Positions 1-9,024 of a DNA stretch of 32,000 nt are shown here, piece after piece; the stretch's first letter is position 1; each line of letters starts with the position of its first letter. Source of the stretch: Planctomycetales bacterium (GTDB lineage Bacteria > 4484-113 > JAFGCY01); the NCBI GenBank assembly GCA_022646745.1, contig CP060262.1, positions 3,690,001 through 3,722,000 on the forward strand, written 5' to 3'. The notes under the pieces are model-generated. The model made no database searches. It was not told the DNA's origin and saw nothing but the letters and a program-made list of their open reading frames with translations. The position numbers and the translations under genes are program-made.

Positions 1-602
1 GAAGTCCCCAGCTGGTACTGGATATCGCAGCTGGTAATGCCGAGGTGTTCATCGACGACCTGCAGTGCGTACCCGCCGTGCGCCCTCCCCTGCCCGATGG
101 TGCTTACTTCTTCGAGGACTTTGAGCACACCGTGCGCGGCTGGTATCCCTTCGTGCGTGGTGACTGCGGCGGGGCCAGCGACATGCGCACGCATCTCTCA
201 CAGCGCCACGACCCTTTCACCCAGCGTGGCTGGCGCGACAACATGATTGACGACGTGATAGATGGCGACTGGTCGCTCAAGAGCCATGCTGACCGACCTG
301 GTGTGCTTTACCGCACGATCCCGCAGAACCTGCGCTTCGACCCGGGATACCGCTACATCGTCACGCTGGATTACGCATCTTCCGGGGATGAAACCCATGA
401 GATCGTGATCAGCGACAGCAGCGGCGAGGAAGTGGTGATACCACTCAAGCAAGCGCTCGACCCGCAACCGATCCTGTTCCGCTTCCGCGCGGCGGATGAC
501 GGCAGCTCCTGGATAGGCGTGCGTAAACCGGCGGATGATGACAGCGACCTCGTGATTGACAAGCTCAAGGTGGTGCAGGAGGAAACACCCGATGGCAACT
601 GA
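1..602 (+). CDS. C-terminal end of a larger protein (beta-sandwich / carbohydrate-binding-module-like tail); 5'-partial at window edge
   Basis: Frame 3 is open from base 3 (SPQLVLDIAAGNAEVFIDDLQCV...) to TGA 600-602, so the Met at 45 in the ORF track is internal. The sequence is beta-rich and acidic with no catalytic motif I recognise. Its stop overlaps the start of the next gene (ATGGCAACTGA, 592-602). Product class is inferred from composition and context only. Confidence 0.6.
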   Translation, partial: SPQLVLDIAAGNAEVFIDDLQCVPAVRPPLPDGAYFFEDFEHTVRGWYPFVRGDCGGASDMRTHLSQRHDPFTQRGWRDNMIDDVIDGDWSLKSHADRPGVLYRTIPQNLRFDPGYRYIVTLDYASSGDETHEIVISDSSGEEVVIPLKQALDPQPILFRFRAADDGSSWIGVRKPADDDSDLVIDKLKVVQEETPDGN

Positions 603-2997
603 TAACAGACACTTCTTTGCCAGCCTGCTGGCCTGTGCAATACTGCTGGGCATGCAGGTACCGGCACAGGCAGCCTATGACACGGCGGAAGCACTGGCAG
701 CACTGCCCCATGTGGTAATCCCCACCGGCGACATCAGCATCAGCGCAGACCAGCAGTCAGTGCGAATCGGCAACGCCTGCCTCGAGATGCAGTGGCGCCT
801 GTCCAATGACAAGATGCTGAGCCCCGTGTTCACGAACAAGCTCGATGGCAGCAGCCTGGAGCTGGGCCACGAACTGTTCATCCTACGCATGCCGGAGGGC
901 AGTGAGATCCCCAGTTCCGAGTTCATCCTGGATGGTCCGCCCCAGTTTGAGGCAATCAATCCGTCTGACTCCTCCCCGCGGCTGGCTGCCCGGCTATCGG
1001 GCATGAAGGTCGTTGCCAGCATGACTGCACCGGACTTCAACCTGCAGGCAAAGTACACTGCTGTGCTGCTGGCTGACTCGCACTACATTCGCCAGCAGCT
1101 GGAGATCCTGCCCGGTTCAGCATGGGAAGTGGAGGAACTGGTCTGGTTCAGCGGCGCTGACCCGGCACTGCGTGCCGGCGGGATGGTGGACGGCTCCCCG
1201 GCCCTGTGCGGCGACATCTTCCTCGGGATCGAGCATCCGATGGCGCTTAACCAGGCGGGGGCCAGCCCGGTGCAGGTCTCACAGTGGTCTCCCGAACAGA
1301 TGAGCTGGCCGGAGTACGTTGACCGGGAATGGGAGCTCGGAGACTCCGTCAACCATGACGGTCCCTGGATGCTGCGCTTCCAGTACACGGAAGGCGCGCA
1401 TCGCATCGAGATTACTACGGCAAGCCTAGTGCAGGACGGACGCGTGCTGGCGACTGATGAGCATTTCGGCGCCAGTGGCATCGCCCATGTTGACAACGAA
1501 TACAACTTCGACGTCAGCGGTTATGTCCCTGCCGGCGGTCCCGTGTTGCTTGCCGCAAATGTGCGCAGCGACCTCGGCACCGACAGCAACGGCATCATCC
1601 TGCTGGCAGACCTCACTGCGGACCCGCTGCTGTGCTGCAGCCAGCCGGTCGGTGTGACGCTTGAACCGGGCCGGCCCTACAGGCTGTCAGCCGTATGTGG
1701 GGTGGCAACACCGGGCCAGATGCGGCGCGCCTTCAACCGCTACCTTGAGCTGGAACGGGCGCATCCGTACCGTCCCTTCCTGCATTACAACTCCTGGTAC
1801 GACATCGGCTTCTTCAACAAGTATGACGAGGCGGACTGCCTCGGTGTTGTCAACGCCTTTGCCACTGAATTGCATGACAAGCGCGGCGTGCAGCTGGACA
1901 GCTTCCTGTTTGACGACGGCTGGGATGACTACGACAGCCTGTGGGACTTCCACGAAGGATTCCCCGAAGGCTTCAGCAATGTCGGTGCTGCCACGGAGGC
2001 TTTCGGCGCAGGCACCGGGGTCTGGCTCAGCCCCTGGGGTGGCTATGGGGACCCTCGCCAGCAGCGCATCGCGGCCAGCGAGGGGATGGGCTATGAGATC
2101 AATGAAGGCGGTTTTGCCCTGTCCGGCCCCAACTACTACCGGCGCTTCCGCGACATCTGCCTGCAGATGATCAATGATTACAATGCCAACCAGTTCAAGC
2201 TGGACGGGCTCGGGCGCAATACATCCGCGCCTGCCGGCAGCCAGTTCAACAGTGACTTCGACGCGGCGATCAGCTTGGTCGGTGAGATGCGCCAGGCCCG
2301 CAGTGATGTGTTCGTCAATTTGACAACCGGCACCTGGCCGAGTCCCTTCTGGCTGCCGATTGCAGATTCGATCTACCGCGGCGGCTGGGACCACGAGTTT
2401 GCCGGTGAAGGCAGCCCGCGCCAGCAATGGATCACATTCCGCGACAGCCAGACCTACCAGAACATCGCCAAGGGTAACCCGCTTTACCCGATCAGCTCAC
2501 TGATGCTGCACGGCATCATCTACGCCAAGGTGGCACGTGACCTCGACACGGACCCGCAGGACGACCTGCGGGATGAAATCCGCTCATACTTCGGAACGGG
2601 CACATGCCTGCAGGAGATGTACATCTCTCACGAGCTGTTGACGGAGCGGAACTGGGATGACCTGGCTGAGGCGGCAATCTGGTCACGCCGTCACGCACGC
2701 GAGATGTGCGATGTGCACTGGTACGGTGGTGATCCACTGGATGGAAATGTCTACGGCTGGGCCGGCTGGTCGCCGGACGGGGCTGTGCTGACGCTGCGCA
2801 ATCCTTCGACGGAATCGCGCGTGGTGAACCTTGACATGGCTGAGCTGTTTGACCTGAACGGGCTGGACGCACAGATAATGACGATGACCTGCCCGTTTAC
2901 CGAGCAGCGCGTACGGCAGCTGGACTTCGGTGAGAACGGCACGCTATCCCTGTCACTGGAACCCTTTGAGGTGCTTGTGTTCAGCACTGGCGACTGA
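592..2997 (+). CDS. Secreted glycoside-hydrolase-like protein (N-terminal beta-sandwich plus TIM-barrel, clan GH-D / alpha-galactosidase-like; family uncertain)
   Basis: AGGAGGA at 577-583 lies 8 nt before ATG 592. The TTG at 556 in the ORF track is less likely. The N-terminus MATDNRHFFASLLACAILLGMQVPAQA/AY is a Sec signal peptide. The C-terminal half has glycosidase-like strand-end motifs FLFDDGWDDYD, GVWLSPWGGYG, NQFKLDG and TTGTWPSPFW. Stop is TGA 2995-2997. Confidence 0.85.
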   Translation: MATDNRHFFASLLACAILLGMQVPAQAAYDTAEALAALPHVVIPTGDISISADQQSVRIGNACLEMQWRLSNDKMLSPVFTNKLDGSSLELGHELFILRMPEGSEIPSSEFILDGPPQFEAINPSDSSPRLAARLSGMKVVASMTAPDFNLQAKYTAVLLADSHYIRQQLEILPGSAWEVEELVWFSGADPALRAGGMVDGSPALCGDIFLGIEHPMALNQAGASPVQVSQWSPEQMSWPEYVDREWELGDSVNHDGPWMLRFQYTEGAHRIEITTASLVQDGRVLATDEHFGASGIAHVDNEYNFDVSGYVPAGGPVLLAANVRSDLGTDSNGIILLADLTADPLLCCSQPVGVTLEPGRPYRLSAVCGVATPGQMRRAFNRYLELERAHPYRPFLHYNSWYDIGFFNKYDEADCLGVVNAFATELHDKRGVQLDSFLFDDGWDDYDSLWDFHEGFPEGFSNVGAATEAFGAGTGVWLSPWGGYGDPRQQRIAASEGMGYEINEGGFALSGPNYYRRFRDICLQMINDYNANQFKLDGLGRNTSAPAGSQFNSDFDAAISLVGEMRQARSDVFVNLTTGTWPSPFWLPIADSIYRGGWDHEFAGEGSPRQQWITFRDSQTYQNIAKGNPLYPISSLMLHGIIYAKVARDLDTDPQDDLRDEIRSYFGTGTCLQEMYISHELLTERNWDDLAEAAIWSRRHAREMCDVHWYGGDPLDGNVYGWAGWSPDGAVLTLRNPSTESRVVNLDMAELFDLNGLDAQIMTMTCPFTEQRVRQLDFGENGTLSLSLEPFEVLVFSTGD

Positions 2998-3016
2998 TCC
3001 GCAAACTGAGCCTTCA

Positions 3017-5332
3017 TCATTGCAGCACCATAGTCGCGTCAAGCACCCGCCGCACGGCCAGTGCCAGGTCGCGTCTTGAAATCGGCTTGCAGAGGAATCC
3101 GGACTCCAGACATTCACCATCAACACAGCGCGCACTGCTGAATCCGCTGCACGTAATCACTGGCAGCTCAGGGCGGATTGCCTGGAAGCGCTCCACCAGC
3201 TGATCGCCGCTTAACTGGGGCATGTGCATGTCCGTGATAAGCAGGTCATAGGCAAATGGATTGACCGTGAAGCGGTCCAGCGCATCAATTGCGGAACTGC
3301 AGGCATGCACCGTGTAACCGAGCCCATCAAGCATGCGTGACATCAGGCGGCAGATCGCACTGTCGTCGTCAACCAGCAAAATGGCTTCATCGCCACGGGG
3401 TAACTCACCATTCTGGATGCTGCCGGACTTGCCAACACTGTTGCACTGCGGGATCAGCACCCTGAAAGTGCTGCCACTGCCGGGTTGGGACTGCACTGTG
3501 ATCGATCCGCCGAGGCCTGCAATGATGTCCTTGATCACGCTCAGGCCGAGACCGGTTCCCTTGTCGGGGTCCTTCGTTGTGAAGAACGGCTCGAAGATCC
3601 GTTCGTGCAGCTCAGGAGGAATGCCACAGCCCTCATCCCGCACAAGCAGCTCGACATAGCTGCCCGGATGCTTCAGCGACAGGCTCCTCCGCTCACTTTC
3701 GGCCAGCTGGATTGAACGGTGGATGATCTCCAGCTGCCCACCGCCATCGAGCATCGCATGCCTGGCGTTGGTGAACAGGTTCATGATGATCTGGTGCAGG
3801 TTCGTCGGATCAGCCTTGACATAGGCATCGTTGTCATGCAGGTGCATCCGCATCTCCACACCAGCCGGCAGGGTGTTGCGGATCAGGCGGCCGGCCTCTT
3901 TGACGATCGAACCGACCTGCACCGGAACCGCCTGCAGTTCGCTGCGGCTGGCAAATGTCAGGATCTGGCGCACGAGTTCACTCGAGCGCTGGGCTGCACT
4001 GTTGATGTCCTCGCAGTTGCCTCGCTGCTCCTGCGTCAGTTCACACTCCATCAGTTGTGCAACGGAACCCGTGATCACGAACAGCAGGTTGTTGAAGTCA
4101 TGCGAGATCGCGCCGGCCAGTGAGCCGATCGCCTCCAGGCGCTGGACCTGCCTGAGCTGCTTCTGCAGCGTCATTTCGCTGGTGATGTTGCGCATCACCG
4201 CCACGAAGTTAATTGTGCGCCCCTCTGCGTCCCGCACTGGACTGACTGTGCTGTCCAGTACCAGCAGCTTGCCATTGCAGTCATGCGTGGCGAAGGTGCC
4301 CCGCCAGGTCCGGCCGGCCCTGACAACCTGACGGCATTCCTGGATCACGCTGCGCTCCTGCAGGCCGCCGTCGAACATGTTCAGCGGCCTGCCGAGCGCA
4401 TCCTCCTGCCCCATTCCCGTCACCTCCGTGAAGGCCGGGTTGACGTATTCGATTTCCCCGCTGCGCGAGAGTACGACCACCGCTTCAGCTGTCTGCTCAA
4501 TCGCCGTCGACAGCCTCAGGTAGCCATCGCGGGCGGCCTTGTGCTCACTGACATTGCGGACCACCGCGAAGACGCGCACCCGCCCGCTCTGGCGCAGTGT
4601 TGTCAGCTGCACCTCGGAATGAAAGGTATGGCCGAGCAGGTCACGGTGCACCCATTCAAATCGCGCATTGCCGGTTTCGAGGGCCAGCTGGATCAGCTGG
4701 GTGGCCTTTTCGCGTGAGCGTTGGCCATCGGGCTGGAACTCAGGCGAAAGGTCAGATGGATGCTGGTTGAGGAACTGCTGCTTCTCGGCCATGCCGAACA
4801 TCTTCAGGCAAGCCACATTGCAGTCCACGAACATCTCGTCCTCAAGCAGCATGTAGGCATCGTCAACCTTCTCGAACTGCTCACGGTAGCGCTGCTCGCT
4901 CTGGAACAGCAGGCTTTCAATCAGCTTGCGCTGCGAGATGTCCCGGGTAACTCCCAGCAGGCCAACCGGACGCTGGTTCTGATCACGCTCAAAGGTCGCG
5001 CAGATCTCAACATTGAGCAGCCTGCCCGTACTGTGGTATTCCTGCAGTTCCATCGTGCGGTGGCGCATCGGATCCGGGGCGCCACTCAGCTCGTGCTCGA
5101 TCTCCGCTTCAAGCACGCGCCGGGCCTTTTCCTGTGACTCTGGTGTCAGGTGCCCGAATATGCCCTTTTGCAGGCAGTCTGCAACACTGTGGCCCGTGAC
5201 CTGTTCCACCGAGGGGCTGACGTAGAGCAGCCTGCCCTGCAGGTCTGCACGCCAGATCACATCCGTGCACATTTCAGCAATCTGCTGGTAATGTTGAGGG
5301 CTCAGCTGCTGGTTGTTGTCGTCAGCTTGCAT
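3017..5332 (-). CDS. Cytoplasmic hybrid sensor histidine kinase (3x PAS/PAC, HisKA, HATPase_c, C-terminal receiver)
   Basis: Start chosen at ATG 5332 (MQADDNNQQ...), preceded by GGAAAGGAAA. The ORF-track start at 5431 adds a non-protein-like leader. H-box ISHDFNNLL has its His codon at 4100-4102. G-boxes are DEGCGIP and GTGLGLS. The receiver is ILLVDDD...LLITDMHMPQLSG with its Asp codon at 3230-3232. No transmembrane segment and no HPt domain. Confidence 0.92.
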   Translation of the reverse strand: MQADDNNQQLSPQHYQQIAEMCTDVIWRADLQGRLLYVSPSVEQVTGHSVADCLQKGIFGHLTPESQEKARRVLEAEIEHELSGAPDPMRHRTMELQEYHSTGRLLNVEICATFERDQNQRPVGLLGVTRDISQRKLIESLLFQSEQRYREQFEKVDDAYMLLEDEMFVDCNVACLKMFGMAEKQQFLNQHPSDLSPEFQPDGQRSREKATQLIQLALETGNARFEWVHRDLLGHTFHSEVQLTTLRQSGRVRVFAVVRNVSEHKAARDGYLRLSTAIEQTAEAVVVLSRSGEIEYVNPAFTEVTGMGQEDALGRPLNMFDGGLQERSVIQECRQVVRAGRTWRGTFATHDCNGKLLVLDSTVSPVRDAEGRTINFVAVMRNITSEMTLQKQLRQVQRLEAIGSLAGAISHDFNNLLFVITGSVAQLMECELTQEQRGNCEDINSAAQRSSELVRQILTFASRSELQAVPVQVGSIVKEAGRLIRNTLPAGVEMRMHLHDNDAYVKADPTNLHQIIMNLFTNARHAMLDGGGQLEIIHRSIQLAESERRSLSLKHPGSYVELLVRDEGCGIPPELHERIFEPFFTTKDPDKGTGLGLSVIKDIIAGLGGSITVQSQPGSGSTFRVLIPQCNSVGKSGSIQNGELPRGDEAILLVDDDSAICRLMSRMLDGLGYTVHACSSAIDALDRFTVNPFAYDLLITDMHMPQLSGDQLVERFQAIRPELPVITCSGFSSARCVDGECLESGFLCKPISRRDLALAVRRVLDATMVLQ

Positions 5333-5583
5333 GTCGCAGTTTCCTTTCCGAACTTCAAATATCAAAAAGCTTGATGACGGCGGTCTCCGTTCCGCCGCCA
5401 CCATGAACATGGCAGCAATATTGAACTGCAAGCGCAGAAAGTTTGTTATCAGGAATTTCCCGTACAGGGAGACCGACGAAGAAGTGTTGCGGTAGCTGGA
5501 GCGATATGTGACTACTGGACTGTCCAGCCCTGTGCCAGACTGGACCGGCGAGCATGTTAAACTGACCCGGTTGCACCTTCACA

Positions 5584-5601
5584 AAACTACGTACGTAGTT
5601 T
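5584..5601. promoter_or_regulatory. Perfect 18-bp palindrome AAACTACGTACGTAGTTT, flanked by an 8-bp inverted repeat (CCGGTTGC 5567-5574 / GCAACCGG 5605-5612); candidate operator or 3' stem-loop
   Basis: Read directly from the sequence. It lies in the 315-nt gap between the fused sensor-regulator (stop at 5648) and the hybrid kinase (start at 5332). The core TACGTACGTA recurs at 28445-28454. Confidence 0.45.
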
Positions 5602-5647
5602 CAGGCAACCGGAGCCAGACCCAACAGGCCTATGCAGGTTGGTTTTG

Positions 5648-8600
5648 CTAGATCTCGATGCCTTCCTGGATCGCCAGCCGTATCAGTTCAGGCAGGCTGT
5701 TCACGCCAAGTTTCTTCATGATGTTGCGCCGGTGGGTCTCCACCGTGCGGATGCTGATGTCAAGCTGGATGGCAATGCTCTTAGATGCCTCCCCGCGCAT
5801 CACCATCCGCAGGATCTCCAGTTCACGTTCCGTGAGCACGTTGAGGGACAGCTGCTGGCGTCCCGCAGCCTCCGCGATGTAGTCGTTCACTACCCGTTCA
5901 GCAACCTGGGCACTCAGAAATGAGATGTTGTCGCTGACCGAGTGGATGGCATTCACCAGGTCATGCTCGACATGGTTCTTCAGCAGGTAACCCCGCGCCC
6001 CGGCCTGCAGCATTTCACCGACAACCTGGATGTCCTCATGCATTGACAGGGCAACCACCCTTGTTTCCGGCATTGTCCGGCGGATCTCCGCCGTTGCCGC
6101 AATGCCATCCATCTCAGGCATGTCGATGTCCATCAGCACTATGTCGGGCCGCAGCCTGCGCGCCTGCTCCAGCGCATGGCGTCCGTTCTCCGCTTCACCA
6201 ACCACTTCAATTCCGGGATCCCTGGACAGGATGCTTCGCACGCCCTGGCGGATCAGCTGCTGGTCATCGACAAGCAGCACTCGGGTCGTGCCTGTTCCGG
6301 CAGTCTGACCCTGCGGGGCCGGCTTGGCAACCTCCACCTGCTGCCGGTTGGCGGCCCTGAGCGGGGCATTGAGGAAGAAGGAAGCACCCTGGCCCGGACG
6401 GGCGTTGATCTCTAGCTGGCCTCCCACATGGTTCATCCTCTCATTGATGCTGTACAGGCCGTAGCTGCCTGTCTGGCTGCGCATTGTCAGCAGTTCGTTG
6501 AAGTCGAAACCGACGCCGTCGTCCGAGACACCGAGCCTGACACCGTTTTCATGCCCGTCAACGGTGATGACGACGTGTGAGGCCTTCGAGTGCTTCACTG
6601 CATTGAACAGCAGTTCCCGCACTGCCTGGAACAGCAGGATCCTGATCTCCTCCTGCAGCGGAGCGGCGACTTCGTTGTCAATCACACTGACAGGTATGCC
6701 GTAGGTCTTGTGAGTATGTTCCGCAAGCCAGCGCAGCGTGGGCAGCAGGCCCATCTCATGCAGCATCGGCGGGCTGAGTTCAAACACGATCCCCCGTGAG
6801 GAGTCGATCGCCTCCCGGGTGATACGCAAGCCCTGTTCCAGCTTCGCCCCTCCTCCGTCCGGCAAGCTGCTGCTGAGTTCCTGCAGCAGGATGGCAAGGC
6901 TGGACAGCGAGTGCCCTATGCCGTCATGCAGGCTGCTGGCGAGCCTGCGGCGCTCTCTTTCCTCTGACAGTGCAAGCTCCGCCGTGATGCGCCGCATCTC
7001 CTCACGATGCTCACGGACAGCCTGCTCCTCCCTGCGCTTCGAGCGGAGGTCCGTCACGATCGCAATGCTGCCCAGGAAATCGCCATCGCCGGAAAAGAGT
7101 GGTGTCGCATTGACACGGACGGGTATCGAATCACCATTTGCGCAGAGCAGCATTCCCTCATAGTTGCCTGCACCACCACTTCTCCGGCGTTCCCTCTGCT
7201 CCGCATATATATCCTGGCTCTCATGCGCGACGATGTCCTCCGCCGGCCGGCCTTCCAGCCGGTTGCGCGGAAGGCCGATTAGGCTGGCCAGCACCTGGTT
7301 CACATAGCTGATCCGACCTTCCGCATCCAGCATCACCATGCCCTCATTCATGATTGTCATGGCTATGCGGAACCTTTCCTCGCTTGCACTGAGCTCCTGC
7401 TCGGCCTGCAGCCTTTCCAGCTCGGCAGCGGCGCGGTTCGAGAACACCTCGAGGAAGTTGCGGGCAACATCGGGACTGGCAATCGCCTCACGTCCGAGGA
7501 TTGCCATCAGGCCGAGTGGCTGGCCCTGGGAGGAATTCAGCGGTATTCCCATGTAGGAATCGACACCCATCTGGCGCAGCAGTTCATCATGCGGGAACTG
7601 CCGCTGGACGCCGTTCTCGATATGGCAGGGTCTGCCGCCGATCACGCTCGCACAGGGCGTACCTTCCAGTGCATAGGAAATGTTCTCAAGCTGTGTCCCG
7701 TCCTGGCAGACGGAAATCGTTTCAACCATCCCCCTGTCATCCTTGCTGATCTGGCAAATCAGGGAATGGCTGACCCCAAGGGACTGGCACAGGCGCTGCG
7801 TCAGGATGCGGAAAAATTCCCGTCCGGTGGCGGCATTCAGGCTGCTGGCCAATTGCTCAAGCATCTGCTGCGCTTGCTTGCGCTCGGTGATGTCCTCTGT
7901 GATGCCAATCTGGCGCCAGGTCCCGCCATCCCCGTCCTTTGAAATGTAGACCTGCTGGGAGACCCACTTCGCAGCCCCCTCCGGCCTGTTCAGGGTACGC
8001 AGCTCGGGAATCACGTATGAACCACCGTTTCTCTGGATCTCGCGGATCCGAGCAACGTCTTCCTGCCTGTAATCCGCAAAACTGGGCCACTTGCTCTCCA
8101 CCTGTCCTGCACCACGGCCCATAAGCTGGGCAATGTAGTCGTCATCAAGTTTCCAAATCTGGCGCCAGGCACGGTTGAACACCAGAAGCCTGTCATCCTG
8201 GTCTCGGATTGTGATTCCAAGTGGGGAATCCTCAAACAGGTCGTGGAAAAACAGGTCATTGCGGCGAATCTTCTCAATCGCCTCAAGGCGGACGCGGTTG
8301 CTCATTGTCAGTGCAGCCTGGTCCGCCAGGGCGCGCATGAAGAAGATCTCCTCCCCGAGCCAGTTACGACACCTGCCAATCGATTCGCAGCAGATCACAC
8401 CCAGCAGTTCTCCATCAAGGCTGATAGCGGAATCAAGCATGGCGCCGATATTGAGGCCGTCAATGTAGCTGTCCTTCAGTTCCTCCAGTCGTGGGTCATT
8501 GGCTGCATCAGCCGTTTCCAGCACCATTTCCGCCCTGAGGTACCCAAGGTACTGAGGAATCGCAGCGGAATCATATATTCCGCCTTCCGCGAACTGATCC

Positions 8601-8995
8601 TGTCCCATCAGGTACAGCTGCTGGCAAACCAGCTTGCCATTTTCACTGAGCAACCAGATACTGCATCGATCAAGTGATAGAGTGCGAGCAACCGTCCGGC
8701 AGATCTGGCGGAAGGCTTGTTCCACCTTGCCTTCAGTAACAGCATTGCCAGTGACAATCTCGGAATAGGCCTCACGCAATATACGTGCGTGCGCGTCCCT
8801 TTTGTGATCGCTCGCGCTGTTGTATGTTTCCTGTGAGTCTGACACCGCTTCCTGAATTCCCGGCCCGCTGGAATGAATTGATTGATTAAGTCCTGAAGTA
8901 TCGGACTGGTCCAGTAGAATCCGCAATTGGTTCAATGTTTGCGGGGAGAGTAGACCCGACAGATTCGACTTCCGGTATGAATACCTTATCTTCAA
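5648..8995 (-). CDS. Fused sensor kinase-response regulator: GAF-PAS-GAF-PAS-HisKA_3-HATPase_c-REC-LuxR/NarL-type HTH in one polypeptide
   Basis: NarX-type H-box ERERRRLASSLHDGIGHSL has its His codon at 6926-6928. ATPase motifs are NAVKHS, DDGVGF and GLYSINERM. The receiver is RVLLVDDQ...IVLMDIDMPEMDG (Asp codon 6128-6130, REC about 5935-6290). The LuxR HTH is LTERELEILRMVMRGEASKSIAIQLDISIRTVETHRRNIMKKLG (about 5651-5836). No hydrophobic transmembrane stretch. The 5' end is uncertain: the longest ORF starts at TTG 8995 without a clear SD, and the first in-frame ATG lies inside the first GAF domain. Confidence 0.9.
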   Translation of the reverse strand: MKIRYSYRKSNLSGLLSPQTLNQLRILLDQSDTSGLNQSIHSSGPGIQEAVSDSQETYNSASDHKRDAHARILREAYSEIVTGNAVTEGKVEQAFRQICRTVARTLSLDRCSIWLLSENGKLVCQQLYLMGQDQFAEGGIYDSAAIPQYLGYLRAEMVLETADAANDPRLEELKDSYIDGLNIGAMLDSAISLDGELLGVICCESIGRCRNWLGEEIFFMRALADQAALTMSNRVRLEAIEKIRRNDLFFHDLFEDSPLGITIRDQDDRLLVFNRAWRQIWKLDDDYIAQLMGRGAGQVESKWPSFADYRQEDVARIREIQRNGGSYVIPELRTLNRPEGAAKWVSQQVYISKDGDGGTWRQIGITEDITERKQAQQMLEQLASSLNAATGREFFRILTQRLCQSLGVSHSLICQISKDDRGMVETISVCQDGTQLENISYALEGTPCASVIGGRPCHIENGVQRQFPHDELLRQMGVDSYMGIPLNSSQGQPLGLMAILGREAIASPDVARNFLEVFSNRAAAELERLQAEQELSASEERFRIAMTIMNEGMVMLDAEGRISYVNQVLASLIGLPRNRLEGRPAEDIVAHESQDIYAEQRERRRSGGAGNYEGMLLCANGDSIPVRVNATPLFSGDGDFLGSIAIVTDLRSKRREEQAVREHREEMRRITAELALSEERERRRLASSLHDGIGHSLSSLAILLQELSSSLPDGGGAKLEQGLRITREAIDSSRGIVFELSPPMLHEMGLLPTLRWLAEHTHKTYGIPVSVIDNEVAAPLQEEIRILLFQAVRELLFNAVKHSKASHVVITVDGHENGVRLGVSDDGVGFDFNELLTMRSQTGSYGLYSINERMNHVGGQLEINARPGQGASFFLNAPLRAANRQQVEVAKPAPQGQTAGTGTTRVLLVDDQQLIRQGVRSILSRDPGIEVVGEAENGRHALEQARRLRPDIVLMDIDMPEMDGIAATAEIRRTMPETRVVALSMHEDIQVVGEMLQAGARGYLLKNHVEHDLVNAIHSVSDNISFLSAQVAERVVNDYIAEAAGRQQLSLNVLTERELEILRMVMRGEASKSIAIQLDISIRTVETHRRNIMKKLGVNSLPELIRLAIQEGIEI

Positions 8996-9024
8996 ACAAA
9001 TCAGATATTTCGCTTTTAAGCTCC

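Noticed and set aside
1687-2427. 246-aa minus-strand ORF
   Set aside because: Antisense to the secreted GH-like gene. No motifs, and GC-artefact composition.
5355-5582. 75-aa minus-strand ORF in the gap between the two sensor genes, starting right next to the palindrome
   Set aside because: No SD. Odd composition (His/Gly/Gln runs, GGGG). It overlaps an equally long plus-strand ORF (5313-5495). Most likely non-coding leader or promoter DNA.
5567-5612. Composite palindrome read as a classical Rho-independent terminator of the sensor-regulator gene
   Set aside because: Neither strand has a U-tract after the stem. The inner stem is AU-rich with a 4-nt loop. The core recurs in a promoter region (28445-28454) where a terminator makes no sense. 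I kept it as a secondary possibility (3' stem-loop) only.
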